A stretch of DNA of 40,578 nucleotides from an uncultured Candidatus Saccharibacteria bacterium (lineage in GTDB: Bacteria > Patescibacteriota > Minisyncoccia > Phycocordibacterales > PALSA-1337), in contig CAZKSQ010000001.1 of NCBI GenBank assembly GCA_964555555.1, positions 1 to 40,578 on the forward strand. Reading direction: 5' to 3'. The position numbers were made by a program, and so were the translations under genes. Of this stretch, positions 8,460 to 17,144 are shown piece after piece. Position 1 is the stretch's first letter; each line of letters starts with the position of its first letter. The notes below the pieces were generated by a model. The model saw nothing but the letters and a program-made list of their open reading frames with translations, was not told the origin of the DNA and ran no database searches.

Positions 8460-8468
8460 TGCTATAAT
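8460..8468 (+). promoter_or_regulatory. Extended -10 promoter element (TGcTATAAT) upstream of the DUF378 gene
   Basis: TGCTATAAT lies 39 nt upstream of the ATG at 8507. No good -35 hexamer. Confidence 0.4.
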
Positions 8469-8506
8469 GACGTTGGTCCTTATTAACTAAATAACATTGA
8501 ATTAAC

Positions 8507-8737
8507 ATGAAAGCTTTACACTCGATTGCGTTCATTCTTGTGATTATTGGCGGCTTGAATTGGGGTTTGGTCGGCATCAATCCGGGCTGGAATCTGGTCC
8601 ACCTCGTGCTCGGTTCGTGGGGCTGGCTCGAAGCCACCGTCTACATCCTAGTCGGCCTTTCAGCGCTCCTGCTCATCTTCACCCACAAAGCATCATGCAA
8701 AATGTGCGTCAAGGAATCCTCTGCTCCTCAAATGTAA
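8507..8737 (+). CDS. DUF378-family small membrane protein
   Basis: 76 aa. IAFILVIIGGLNWGLVGI... is the characteristic DUF378 GGLNWGL motif. Two TM helices. Confidence 0.8.
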   Translation: MKALHSIAFILVIIGGLNWGLVGINPGWNLVHLVLGSWGWLEATVYILVGLSALLLIFTHKASCKMCVKESSAPQM

Positions 8738-8754
8738 AGGCGTGTGTGCATAAG

Positions 8755-8785
8755 CAAAAAAGCTCTGGCAACCCCAGAGCTTTTT
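8755..8785. terminator. Bidirectional rho-independent terminator between convergent genes
   Basis: AAAAAA-GCTCTGG-caacc-CCAGAGC-TTTTTT. The stem is flanked by an A run and a T run. Confidence 0.7.
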
Positions 8786-8803
8786 TGTTTGTCTTGGCAC
8801 GCT

Positions 8804-10588
8804 TTACCAAATAGGCTTTGGTGCAATGAAGTTGAGCTCGTTTATGACATTCGCCGCCGCGGCCGTGAACCAATTCTGGTCTGTCGAGAAAGCTTGCGGC
8901 GAAGGCGATGCTGTCGGCGTTGCTGAATTCGTCGGCGAAGGCGAAGCGGTAGCCGGGGCGTTTATTTTCACAGTGATAGCCGCAGAAGCAAATATGCCAG
9001 TCCTGCTATTAGTCGCCTTGTAGGTCACTGTCCAATAGCAAGCCGCCGCCGCTTGCGGCACTATCGAGCTCGATATGCCGCTTTGCGAGCCGTTTGCTAC
9101 CGACCATGTTCCGCCAGGCCCGCAAGCGACAGGGTTATTGGAGGTATATGTCGCCGTGAATGTATCCGCATCAGTCGCATTCCATTTATAAATTATATTG
9201 TCGCCTGGATTCAAGACTGCATGGTCGGAACCATTGACCGTAAATGTGACTGCGGGACTCGGCGTGTTGGTCGGAGCTGGGGTGTTCGAATTGGTCGGTG
9301 CAGGATTATTTGATGCAGTAGGTGATGGTGAATATGGATTTGTTGGGACTGGCGAATTTGAAATCGAAGGCGCTGGCGAATAAATCGGAGTAAGGCTTTG
9401 AATATAGGTCGGCGTCGGTGAGTATGTAGGCACAGGGCTTTGTGAATAAATAGGCATTGGCGTGCTTGTCTGTGTCGGAGAAGGCGAATAAGTTCCGGCC
9501 GGTGTCGCTGTCCGTATCGGTTGCTGGCTGTGCGACGGGCTTGCGGTAATAGTTGGTAATATTGAATTCGATGGCTCAATGGTATTCGAAACGTTTGGCG
9601 TTATCACAGGTGTCTGATTGCCAGAATTCGAAACAGGTTCCATTTGTTGCGGTTGGTTATCGATGCCTACAGCTGAATAGAAGGTATTGATGATATTAGA
9701 GTATACGTATTGTGTGCCAGATAATATCGAGTCAAAGAATTTGGGCAGTCCGGTTTTGGGTGTCGTCGGAGATTGTTGCTCTGGTAGATTGCTGACCGAA
9801 GGCAAAGGCGATCCATTCGGCATGTTTGAAATATTACCGATAGTTTGCACGGGCGATACCGCCTCCAAAGCCCCGCCTATGTTCGAGCGAACCTCATAAT
9901 AATATCCGCTGTTTTGAGAAACATTGTTTATAGTCAATGCATGGCTTGTGACATCAGTCTGGTCTTCCGCGTCATGCGGGAACGGGTATCGGTCGCTGTT
10001 ATATTCTGCCGGCGAGCCATATTCGACCAGGGAAGACGAAGGGATATCCGTAGTCCAGGTTACTTGCAAGGAAGAAGGACTGATGAATGAAGCCTTGGGG
10101 TTCGAAATTACTGGCGCGCCTTTTTTATTTTGCACGAATAGCCAGTCGGGCGTTCCGGAGTCCGGCTCGAATAGCATGAAGATTCCTGTGCTAGTATCAG
10201 GCTGTGAGCTTGAAGTAGCGGCTCGAGCCGGGTTCAGGCCGAATATTGGGGATAAGCTCAAAAAAGCCACTAAAACTGCAACAGCAGAGCCATATTTTAT
10301 GCCTTGACAAAAACGACTGTTTGGTATACAATTAATCCAGAAAGTGAGGGATTTATATGATGATACCTGATGCTCTTGCAAAACTGAATGGAATCGATAT
10401 GACAATGAATCTTCTTGCTGTTGCGGCAGTCCTGCTGACTGTCGGAATAATCGCATCGTGGTTCTATCGCCACAAAAAGCATGATCATTGACCATCTCGT
10501 CTCCCTTCGAAGCGCCACCAACAAATCGGTGGCGTTTTTTATTCGCGGTGACTGCCAATTCTGATAATTTTTCCATCCGGTTCTTCAT
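8804..10588 (-). CDS. Large secreted/surface protein with P/T/S-rich linker, Cys-containing C-terminal domain and sorting-signal-like tail
   Basis: ATG at 10588 overlaps the upstream TGA (ATGA coupling). A hydrophobic segment AVAVLVAFLSLSPIFG lies about 115 aa in, so the true start or signal peptide is uncertain. The linker is about 100 aa of P/T/S-rich sequence. The C-terminal domain is paralogous to that of the 18466..23766 protein. Confidence 0.7.
   Translation of the reverse strand: MKNRMEKLSELAVTANKKRHRFVGGASKGDEMVNDHAFCGDRTTMRLFRQSAGLPQQQEDSLSYRFHSVLQEHQVSSYKSLTFWINCIPNSRFCQGIKYGSAVAVLVAFLSLSPIFGLNPARAATSSSQPDTSTGIFMLFEPDSGTPDWLFVQNKKGAPVISNPKASFISPSSLQVTWTTDIPSSSLVEYGSPAEYNSDRYPFPHDAEDQTDVTSHALTINNVSQNSGYYYEVRSNIGGALEAVSPVQTIGNISNMPNGSPLPSVSNLPEQQSPTTPKTGLPKFFDSILSGTQYVYSNIINTFYSAVGIDNQPQQMEPVSNSGNQTPVITPNVSNTIEPSNSILPTITASPSHSQQPIRTATPAGTYSPSPTQTSTPMPIYSQSPVPTYSPTPTYIQSLTPIYSPAPSISNSPVPTNPYSPSPTASNNPAPTNSNTPAPTNTPSPAVTFTVNGSDHAVLNPGDNIIYKWNATDADTFTATYTSNNPVACGPGGTWSVANGSQSGISSSIVPQAAAACYWTVTYKATNSRTGIFASAAITVKINAPATASPSPTNSATPTASPSPQAFSTDQNWFTAAAANVINELNFIAPKPIW
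9255..9545 (-). repeat. Low-complexity Pro/Thr/Ser/Tyr-rich linker-coding region
   Basis: Translates to ...TYSPSPTQTSTPMPIYSQSPVPTYSPTPTYIQSLTPIYSPAPS.... It generates spurious ORFs in other frames. Confidence 0.7.
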
Positions 10589-11712
10589 TGGCAATTATAG
10601 TTATTCGCGATCAGCAACGCTTGTTGCGCTTGCAGGGCGATGAGCTGTGTTTGGTAACTAGCTTTCAGTTTGAGATACTGCGCCTTGTGTGTAGCGATAC
10701 TGCTCTCTAGCTGGTTCCAAATGTCCGCTTCCGGCAGCCAGCCGGTGACGGTATCGTTGTCGATAGTGAGCTGCATATGCGTGGCGGATTTTGGCACCTG
10801 CGCGATAGGCACATAGGTGTTTATGACCTTCATGATATCCTTCGGCAGGCTAGTCAGGTCCTTGAGCTCTCTTTTGTTGTTGAGCCAAGTCACGCTGGTA
10901 TAGATATACTGCTTGTTCACTAGCAGCGGCTGATAATTCTGTGCAAGATCTTGCAGAGTTATGGGTATCAAGTATTGCGTGGCGATGGCTTGGTTTGCCT
11001 GCGAAAGGCTCATCGTCTTGCCCATCAATGCGGCTTGCGCATCTATGGTCGCTCTGCCTGATGTCAGATATCCCCATGTTCCGCCGAGCGATATGCTGTT
11101 CAGCAAGTTTTTCATATTGGTGTTATTGTCGCGCAGCTTCTGCATGTTTTGAAGGGCGATGCTCGGAAGCGGGTTGAATATGTTCGCGCTATCGGAGGAT
11201 GCCGAGCCTACCGTTTCCAGATCATTCTTTATGCCTTGCCCTGCGTCATTGAGGCACATCATCGCGATATTGCTGGCGCTCGGATATGCATGAGGCTCAT
11301 CTATTCCGGCAGGGATCGCTTCCAGCGACAAGCCGTTCAGGTTATCGGCCGAAAAGCTTGAAAGATATATTTGGGTTCTGCCCAAGGAGGCTAGCAGGCC
11401 ATTCACCGAAGCTATGCTGCCTTGGATATCATTGATCTTTTCCGAAAGTATGGTGGACTGCAGATAGCCAGTAGTGCAGGTCGCGCTTTTGGCGAAGTCA
11501 GAAAAAGTGTTCGGGTAAGCCTTCAGCTCATTGGGCGTGACGCAGGCAGACGCTGGCGATACGGTTACTGTTTTTGATAATTGCACAATGCTTGCCGATT
11601 GCTGATTTTCGTCTGCGGTCACTTCCACCTGGCTAGTATCGGCTCTTGCAATCACAAAAAAAGAAAGCAAAACGGCAATCAAGGGAATGGCGATTTGGAG
11701 ACGCGATCTCAT
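10585..11712 (-). CDS. Hypothetical secreted protein (signal peptide, Gln/Asn/Leu-rich, C-terminal coiled-coil-like)
   Basis: ATG at 11712 gives MRSRLQIAIPLIAVLLSFFVIARA|DTS, a signal peptide. It is translationally coupled to the downstream surface protein gene. Confidence 0.65.
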   Translation of the reverse strand: MRSRLQIAIPLIAVLLSFFVIARADTSQVEVTADENQQSASIVQLSKTVTVSPASACVTPNELKAYPNTFSDFAKSATCTTGYLQSTILSEKINDIQGSIASVNGLLASLGRTQIYLSSFSADNLNGLSLEAIPAGIDEPHAYPSASNIAMMCLNDAGQGIKNDLETVGSASSDSANIFNPLPSIALQNMQKLRDNNTNMKNLLNSISLGGTWGYLTSGRATIDAQAALMGKTMSLSQANQAIATQYLIPITLQDLAQNYQPLLVNKQYIYTSVTWLNNKRELKDLTSLPKDIMKVINTYVPIAQVPKSATHMQLTIDNDTVTGWLPEADIWNQLESSIATHKAQYLKLKASYQTQLIALQAQQALLIANNYNCQ

Positions 11713-11757
11713 CGCTATAATAATAACACTGGCGGTTATCAATAAAAAGCGAAGCAG

Positions 11758-11830
11758 TGCGCGCTCAAGGGCTCGAACCTTGGACCTTCCCGGTGTAAAC
11801 GGGGCGCTCTACCAACTGAGCTAAGCGCGC
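11758..11830 (-). tRNA. tRNA-Val (anticodon TAC)
   Basis: Minus strand reads GCGCGCT-TA-GCTC-AGTTGGTA-GAGC...TTTACAC...CAAGG-TTCGAGC-CCTTG-AGCGCGC-A. The acceptor stem is perfect. CCA is not encoded. Confidence 0.9.
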
Positions 11831-11884
11831 GGATTCTGACAAGCGTTACTTCACCTTTTGACAAGATTAACGTATATTCAAGGC

Positions 11885-12646
11885 ATGAGCAATGCAGGCG
11901 ACATAGTGATACTCTATGAAGACGACGACATTATCGCCGTAAATAAGCCAGCGGGGCTTATGGTGCACGGCGATGGCCGCACCAAAGGGCCATTTTTGAC
12001 CGATTGGATATTGGCAAAGTATCCCGAAGCCATGAAGGTCGGCGAGCCAGCCAGGAACGAGAAAGGCGAGGAAATCCCAAGGCCTGGGATAGTGCATCGC
12101 TTGGACAGGGAAACTTCCGGGGTTTTGCTGATAGCGAAGACCGCTAAAGGCTTTGACAGCTTGAAGAAACAATTCCACGACCGGACCATCAAGAAGAAAT
12201 ATCTGGCTTTTGTTTGGGGCGAGATGGAGGAAGAATTCGGGACCATCAATAGGCCTATCGGCAGGAATGTATCTGACTTCCGCAGGTGGTCGGCACAGAG
12301 AGGGGCGAGGGGGGAGTTGAGGGAAGCTGAAACTTACTGGACCAAAATCGATAGCTTTGTCATTCCCGCGAAAGCGCGAATCCAGGATCGTGGCGATAAA
12401 TTTACTTTGGTCGAGGTGGAACCGAAGACTGGAAGGACTCATCAGATCCGCGTGCACTTCGCGGCCATACAGCATCCCGTGGTGGGGGATAGGCTTTATG
12501 CGCCAAAGAAGGAGATGGCGCTTGGATTCGAAAGAACGGCATTGCATGCAAAGTCGGTTGAGTTCGAAAATTGCCAGAGCATAAAAGTGAAAGTGGAAGC
12601 GCCGTTGCCGGAGGATTTCGAGCGGGCCAAAGGCTTGCTCTCCTAG
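11885..12646 (+). CDS. RluA-family pseudouridine synthase (RluD-like, no S4 domain)
   Basis: Contains IIAVNKPAGLMVH and the catalytic HRLDRETSGVLLIAKT motif, plus HQIRVH near the C-terminus. ATG at 11885 is preferred over TTG at 11858. Confidence 0.85.
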   Translation: MSNAGDIVILYEDDDIIAVNKPAGLMVHGDGRTKGPFLTDWILAKYPEAMKVGEPARNEKGEEIPRPGIVHRLDRETSGVLLIAKTAKGFDSLKKQFHDRTIKKKYLAFVWGEMEEEFGTINRPIGRNVSDFRRWSAQRGARGELREAETYWTKIDSFVIPAKARIQDRGDKFTLVEVEPKTGRTHQIRVHFAAIQHPVVGDRLYAPKKEMALGFERTALHAKSVEFENCQSIKVKVEAPLPEDFERAKGLLS

Positions 12647-12687
12647 CAGCCATTTGTTAGGGTGCTTATGGTCACCGAGATAATATC

Positions 12688-12714
12688 GCCACCTCACTTC
12701 TCGGTGGCTTTTTT
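12688..12714 (+). terminator. Rho-independent terminator after the pseudouridine synthase gene
   Basis: GCCACC-tcacttctc-GGTGGC followed by TTTTTT. Confidence 0.6.
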
Positions 12715-12715
12715 C

Positions 12716-12744
12716 TTGAATATTTATGAGCTGTGTGTTAATGT
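12716..12744 (+). promoter_or_regulatory. Candidate sigma70-type promoter for rplS (TTGAAT, 17-nt spacer, TGtTAATGT)
   Basis: -35 TTGAAT at 12716-12721, a 17-nt spacer, and an extended -10 at 12736-12744. The ATG at 12755 is only about 10 nt downstream, so the leader would be very short or absent. Confidence 0.35.
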
Positions 12745-12754
12745 ACCTTTCACT

Positions 12755-13183
12755 ATGGCAGCCAAGATAATTTCACCTGCAAACGTCGAGCATAGGAAGA
12801 AAGTCGACATCCGACCCGGCGATACCGTGCGCGTTTGGCAGAAGATTGAGGAAGACAAGGGCAAGTTCCGCCTTCAGGCTTTCGAGGGCCTTGTGTTGGC
12901 TAGGAAGCATGGCAAGGAAGCCGGTGCCACCTTTACTGTCCGCAAAGTTATTGACGGTGTCGGGGTGGAAAGGATTTTCCCGCTGTATTCTCCTATGATA
13001 GACGAGGTCGAAATGGTTCGCCGCTCCAAGGTCCGCCGCGCCAAGCTCTATTTCATCCGCAGGAAGGCATCCAAAGAGATCCGAAGGCAGATGAGAAGGA
13101 CGATGGATGCCAAGTACGAAGAAGAAGTAGTAGAAGCGCCTGCACCTGCTCCTGCTGCGGATGCACCTGTAACAGAAGCTTAA
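12755..13183 (+). CDS. rplS: 50S ribosomal protein L19 with a charged and Ala/Pro-rich C-terminal extension
   Basis: Contains [36 protein letters not shown]...FTVRK...[11 protein letters not shown] and [10 protein letters not shown], canonical L19 blocks. Confidence 0.9.
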   Translation: MAAKIISPANVEHRKKVDIRPGDTVRVWQKIEEDKGKFRLQAFEGLVLARKHGKEAGATFTVRKVIDGVGVERIFPLYSPMIDEVEMVRRSKVRRAKLYFIRRKASKEIRRQMRRTMDAKYEEEVVEAPAPAPAADAPVTEA

Positions 13184-13187
13184 CAAA

Positions 13188-13209
13188 GAGGAGGTCGAAC
13201 CTCCTTTTT
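13188..13209 (+). terminator. Rho-independent terminator after rplS
   Basis: GAGGAGG-tcgaa-CCTCC followed by TTTTT, immediately after the stop codon. Confidence 0.65.
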
Positions 13210-13291
13210 GTTTGATTGAAACTTGACCGATGTTTATGTATCATGAGGCTTCGAGATAATTCGAGTGCAAGGGTATTTTGAAGATAAAAAC

Positions 13292-13375
13292 GCGCGGGTG
13301 GCGAAATTAGAAGACGCACTACCTTGAGGTGGTAGCGCCCATTAGGGCATGCAGGTGCAAGTCCTGTCCCGCGCA
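13292..13375 (+). tRNA. tRNA-Leu (anticodon GAG), class II
   Basis: Acceptor GCGCGGG/CCCGCGC. Anticodon stem CTACC/GGTAG with loop TTGAGGT. Long variable arm. T arm GCAGG-TGCAAGT-CCTGT. Confidence 0.85.
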
Positions 13376-13498
13376 CTGCTTCGCTCGCTGTCGCGAGCTA
13401 CGCAGTGCAAGCACTGCGAAGAGCTTTGTTGCAAAAGGAAAACGATGTTTTGATCACTTGCGAAGCAGTTCTGCGAAGCTTTAGCGTAGCAGAACACA

Positions 13499-13570
13499 GC
13501 TCCTATAGTTTAATGGATAGAACGCGGGCCTCCGAAGCTCGCGATGCAGGTTCGATTCCTGCTGGGAGCA
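13499..13570 (+). tRNA. tRNA-Arg (anticodon CCG)
   Basis: Acceptor GCTCCTA/TGGGAGC. Anticodon stem CGGGC/GCTCG with loop CTCCGAA. T arm GCAGG-TTCGATT-CCTGC. Discriminator A. Confidence 0.9.
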
Positions 13571-13661
13571 CACTCAAGGTCGATGCGGAGAAGTGGCTAA
13601 ACTGAGCCATGTCACGTATCTGGCAACAGTCAAAAGTTGGTTCGATTCTCGCGGAGGTTAT

Positions 13662-14981
13662 TTATTCGAGAACTAATTTTTTGTCTTTCAGAAAAATCTT
13701 GCTTTTGATACAAGAAAGTACTTCACGTTTCTGTAACATCGTTCCATGTTGCAGCATATGCTTCGCAAATATCTTGATACTGATGTCCTTCTGCTTTTTC
13801 GCTTGGGAGAGATCAACCCCGAGTACTCCAGTTTGGAATAACGAATATCTCGCGACCTCCTCCTCAAGTTTTTGTTTCAATTCGCTTTTGTCTAGACTCA
13901 TTTTGTCGATAACTGGCAGCATCTCTGATATGAGAATATCTTCCTTAACCGATTCATTCGGACAGTCTCGATTTTTCACTTTGGTACAACGGTAGTAAAC
14001 ATGAGCATTGAAGCCCCCATCCTTCAATTCCTTGATTTTTTCTTCTGCCGTTATGCCGGATTCACAATAGGCACAATGAAGCATTCTCGTAAATACAAAT
14101 TCACGACCATACGCTTTCTTTTTCTCAACCTTTATTTTCTCCTGTACTGCATCAAATAACTCTTTGGTGATAATTGGAGCGTGTTTGCCTGTATACCATT
14201 CTCCGGTACCTTCGGGATATTCAAAAACTCCGTAATAAAATGTCATGCGTAGAATTCTATAGATGTTACCAAGAGTGACTTCTTTATCATTTTTGTTTCT
14301 GAATCTTGTCTCTTTTAACCATCGATATATTTTCCTGCCAGAATAATTCTCATATGCCACTTTCTCGAATATCTGTTTTATGACCGGTGCCCGTAATGGA
14401 TCAACAATGACCTCACATTTTCTATCAGTCCTTTTTTCATTCAAATAGCCTGTCGGTGCTATGGACGGTCTGAGACCCATTGCTGCTCTTGTTCTTAAAC
14501 CTCGTTTTACGTTGACGACCTTATTATCATTCTCTAGCTTCGCCTGACTCCCGAGAATCATCAGCATGAATTTGTCATTTGGCGTATTCATGAATTTTTG
14601 ACCGTACGTCCGTATTTCAAGGAGCTTCTTTTGATCCATGAGATCTACGATTCGTCCGAGGTCGCCAGCATTACGGGCGATACGATCCGGTGCCCATGTC
14701 AGGATGCCGTTAAATTTTCCTTGCTTTAGCTCCTCAACAATCTCATTGAAGACCGGACGCATACCAGCCTCTTTGGCTGAATGCGATTCTTTTTTCATTG
14801 TCACAACTTCCAGATTATCGGCAGTTGCTATTTTCTCCATTTCCTTTATCTGGGAGTCGATGGAGAGCACCTGCTTATCTTCTTGTTCTGTACTTTTTCT
14901 CGCGTAAAGGCAGTAGGTTAGCTTTACGGGGACTACTACTTTGGCCGCAGTGCCCACAGGCGCTTGTATTGCATATGTCAT
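13662..14981 (-). CDS. Large serine recombinase (resolvase catalytic domain, recombinase domain, zinc ribbon)
   Basis: N-terminus CLYARKSTEQEDKQVLSIDSQ carries the catalytic Ser context, followed by TWAPDRIARN. A later Cys cluster reads CAYCES...YYRCTKVKNRDC. Start is ATG at 14981 (MTYAIQ...), but the ORF stays open to 15086. Confidence 0.85.
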   Translation of the reverse strand: MTYAIQAPVGTAAKVVVPVKLTYCLYARKSTEQEDKQVLSIDSQIKEMEKIATADNLEVVTMKKESHSAKEAGMRPVFNEIVEELKQGKFNGILTWAPDRIARNAGDLGRIVDLMDQKKLLEIRTYGQKFMNTPNDKFMLMILGSQAKLENDNKVVNVKRGLRTRAAMGLRPSIAPTGYLNEKRTDRKCEVIVDPLRAPVIKQIFEKVAYENYSGRKIYRWLKETRFRNKNDKEVTLGNIYRILRMTFYYGVFEYPEGTGEWYTGKHAPIITKELFDAVQEKIKVEKKKAYGREFVFTRMLHCAYCESGITAEEKIKELKDGGFNAHVYYRCTKVKNRDCPNESVKEDILISEMLPVIDKMSLDKSELKQKLEEEVARYSLFQTGVLGVDLSQAKKQKDISIKIFAKHMLQHGTMLQKREVLSCIKSKIFLKDKKLVLE

Positions 14982-15353
14982 ATACCTAAGGGATGACGCA
15001 ACCCCTCCGAGGAGTCCAGGAGGGGTGGAGTTGATAACTTTTAACCTAAAACTTAAACAAATTGACGACATTTGATCGGTGGACAACTAAAATGACTATC
15101 ACACAACATTATGATATTGTACTTACACAACTGAATATGTGCCTAAACCTGCGAAAGCAGGCATGGCAAATAGTCCGGTAAAGATTAGAAAACCCATCAT
15201 GTGGTTCTTGTCTTTACCGGCCATATCAGGAAACTGGTATGGGGAGCTTTGGCTCTCACCCATGTGGTGGGCTTTCTCATGCCACTATTATATGGGTAAA
15301 AGAGGTATAATTTGTTTATTAGAATTATTAAAGGTCAGTTATTATAAAATAAA

Positions 15354-17078
15354 ATGAAAAAATATATTGCGTCCATAGTGATTCCACTGACAATAATGTC
15401 ATTGGCGATTGTATTTTTTGCGTCTACGCCGGAGGTACATGCGCAAGTTAGTTGTCCGGCCGGATATACCTGCACGCCTATCTCCTCCGGCTTTAATTGC
15501 CCAAGTGGTTTTGTTTGTCAGCCGACATTCTTACCATCACCATCTCCAACGCCGACTGCTTGTTATACATTTTCGCGTAATCTTGGGATTGGGGCAACGG
15601 GTGACGATGTGGTTAGGTTGATAAATATTCTATCGAGTGAGGGAGTTCTACCTTTCCGAGCCAGTACATATAACGGTGGTTATGACGAATCAATAGCTTC
15701 GGCAGTTTCTGCTTTCCAGCAGAAGTATGCTTCTCAGATTTTAACTCCAAGCGGTTTAACAAGTGGAACGGGATATGTAGGAAAGGCAACGAGAGCCAAA
15801 TTGAATCAAATGTGTGCTACTCCGATGAATAGCACTGGAGATGTGTCTACATCAAACAATCAGAATACTGCTTATATATCAAGCGTTGGTTCACCTGCTA
15901 ATCCGGCTAGCTCTTTTTATCCAGGTGACAGGGTAACTATTGTTGGGTCTGGTTTCCCACAAAATAGTACTGTAGAACTCGATCAAGTTGGAACAGTCAG
16001 TCATACGATCATAAGTGCTTTAGCAAACGCAAGTGGCCAAGATCAAAATGTAACATTTATGGCACCAACAAATCTGTACCCGACCAGTTACAGATTATAT
16101 TTGATCAGCTCTCCGAACGGTGGTTCACAAATTAGTAACGCAGTCTATGTGACAGTGATGGCAAAGGGTTCGTCAAATAATACTCCCAATCTTGCGGTTT
16201 CTTGCTCCGGCACACCGTTTCCTTCTGGAGTACCCGGTGCCTCATGGTCAGCACAGGCAAATGGTTCTAATCCTCCCTACCAATACTCATGGAGCGTTTA
16301 CAACGATGTTTCGAGCTATGGTGAAGGCAGTACCCAATCCTCCGCTTTTATGGTTAATTACCAATCTGGTGGAACCAAGCAAGCAGTGGTAAGGGTCACA
16401 GATGCCTCTGGCATGTCAATTTCATCAACATGTTCTGTAACTGTAGGAAGCAACACGACTAATTCAAATCAGCCGTACATAACCTCAGTAAACCCGACGT
16501 ATGCGACAGCCAACTCCGTAGTCTCTGTTTATGGAACTAATTTAACAGGCGCAACTGAAGTTGATCTCGCAAACACTAGTGGTCAAATCTTCGGAACCAT
16601 AAATAATAGTGTTCAAAACAATATCACTGTTTCAGCAGGCGGATCGCCCTTGCAGTTCGTTGTGTCTCCGGTCATGGCGTACAATGTAAATAATACGACG
16701 CAATTGCGCGTCGTAACTCCTTCTGGAGCAAGTAACTACTATCGATTTGGAATTATTACACCGAATTCAAGTCAACCGAATATAACAAATATTTCACCGT
16801 CTCAAGGCACTGTTAATTCTACAGTTACGGTCTACGGTTCAAATCTGAACGGTGCTACAGAAGTTGACTTCTACAACTCAAGTAATCAGTTAATGGGCAG
16901 TATAAACAATAGTGTGCAAAATAATATAACTGTATCATCTAGCGGATCACCTTTGCAGTTTGTATTAAGTGGGGCATTTGCGGCTAACGTCACTGGTGCT
17001 TTACAGGTTCGTGTAGTTACGCCATCCGGCACGAGTAACTCGTTGCCGTTCACAATCACTGCGCCGAATTCCTATTAA
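15354..17078 (+). CDS. Secreted multidomain protein: Cys-rich N-terminus, PG_binding_1-like domain, PKD-like domain, two tandem IPT/TIG-like repeats
   Basis: Signal peptide MKKYIASIVIPLTIMSLAIVFFASTPEVHA|Q. LGIGATGDDVVRL...SAVSAFQQKY...GKATRAKL resembles a peptidoglycan-binding domain. PYQYSWSV...VVRVTDASG is PKD-like. Two 101-aa repeats end in RVVTPSG.SN. Confidence 0.75.
   Translation: MKKYIASIVIPLTIMSLAIVFFASTPEVHAQVSCPAGYTCTPISSGFNCPSGFVCQPTFLPSPSPTPTACYTFSRNLGIGATGDDVVRLINILSSEGVLPFRASTYNGGYDESIASAVSAFQQKYASQILTPSGLTSGTGYVGKATRAKLNQMCATPMNSTGDVSTSNNQNTAYISSVGSPANPASSFYPGDRVTIVGSGFPQNSTVELDQVGTVSHTIISALANASGQDQNVTFMAPTNLYPTSYRLYLISSPNGGSQISNAVYVTVMAKGSSNNTPNLAVSCSGTPFPSGVPGASWSAQANGSNPPYQYSWSVYNDVSSYGEGSTQSSAFMVNYQSGGTKQAVVRVTDASGMSISSTCSVTVGSNTTNSNQPYITSVNPTYATANSVVSVYGTNLTGATEVDLANTSGQIFGTINNSVQNNITVSAGGSPLQFVVSPVMAYNVNNTTQLRVVTPSGASNYYRFGIITPNSSQPNITNISPSQGTVNSTVTVYGSNLNGATEVDFYNSSNQLMGSINNSVQNNITVSSSGSPLQFVLSGAFAANVTGALQVRVVTPSGTSNSLPFTITAPNSY
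16467..17066 (+). repeat. Tandem duplication of about 303 nt encoding two IPT/TIG-like repeats
   Basis: Compare PYITSVNP...VSVYGTNLTGATEVDL...INNSVQNNITVSAGGSPLQFV...LRVVTPSGASN with PNITNISP...VTVYGSNLNGATEVDF...INNSVQNNITVSSSGSPLQFV...VRVVTPSGTSN. Confidence 0.65.
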
Positions 17079-17144
17079 ATATGAATTAGTTAGTTAACTG
17101 CTTATCTTCGCACTAGTGTGACCGCTAGGCATTATCTTCACAAT

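Noticed and set aside
11867-12697. 276-aa ORF on the minus strand
   Set aside because: It lies entirely antisense to the well-supported RluA-family pseudouridine synthase gene. It has no recognisable motifs, and its Arg/Pro/Leu-rich composition is typical of a shadow frame.
13376-13498. 123-nt spacer between tRNA-Leu and tRNA-Arg with palindromes (CGCAGTGC-AA-GCACTGCG; TGCTTCGC...GCGAAGCA) and CTGCGAAG repeats
   Set aside because: I considered it as a third copy of the tRNA-linked structured element. It lacks the GGCATCCT and TGTAA loops and has no duplicate of the tRNA-Leu 3' end. It is probably just a processed spacer with local hairpins.
13572-13661. tRNA-like pieces just after tRNA-Arg (GGAGAAGTGGCTAAACTGAGCC and GGTTCGATTCTCGCGGAGG)
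   Set aside because: I tried to fold this as a class II tRNA. The acceptor strands do not pair, the T stem has mismatches and no 7-nt anticodon loop emerges. At most it is a decayed pseudo-tRNA or att-adjacent sequence, and I cannot support it as a gene.
13405-13995. ORFs 13405..13605 (+) and 13609..13995 (+)
   Set aside because: The first reads through tRNA-Arg(CCG). The second is antisense to the 3' end of the serine recombinase gene. Neither has any motif support.
15139-15357. 72-aa ORF in the recombinase/secreted-operon intergenic region; also considered as a c-di-GMP-I-type riboswitch
   Set aside because: The ORF has no RBS, an odd Trp/Cys-rich composition, and coincides with strong RNA-type helices. 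The riboswitch idea rests only on a GGCAAA and GAAA tetraloops, and the conserved GEMM-I core could not be matched.
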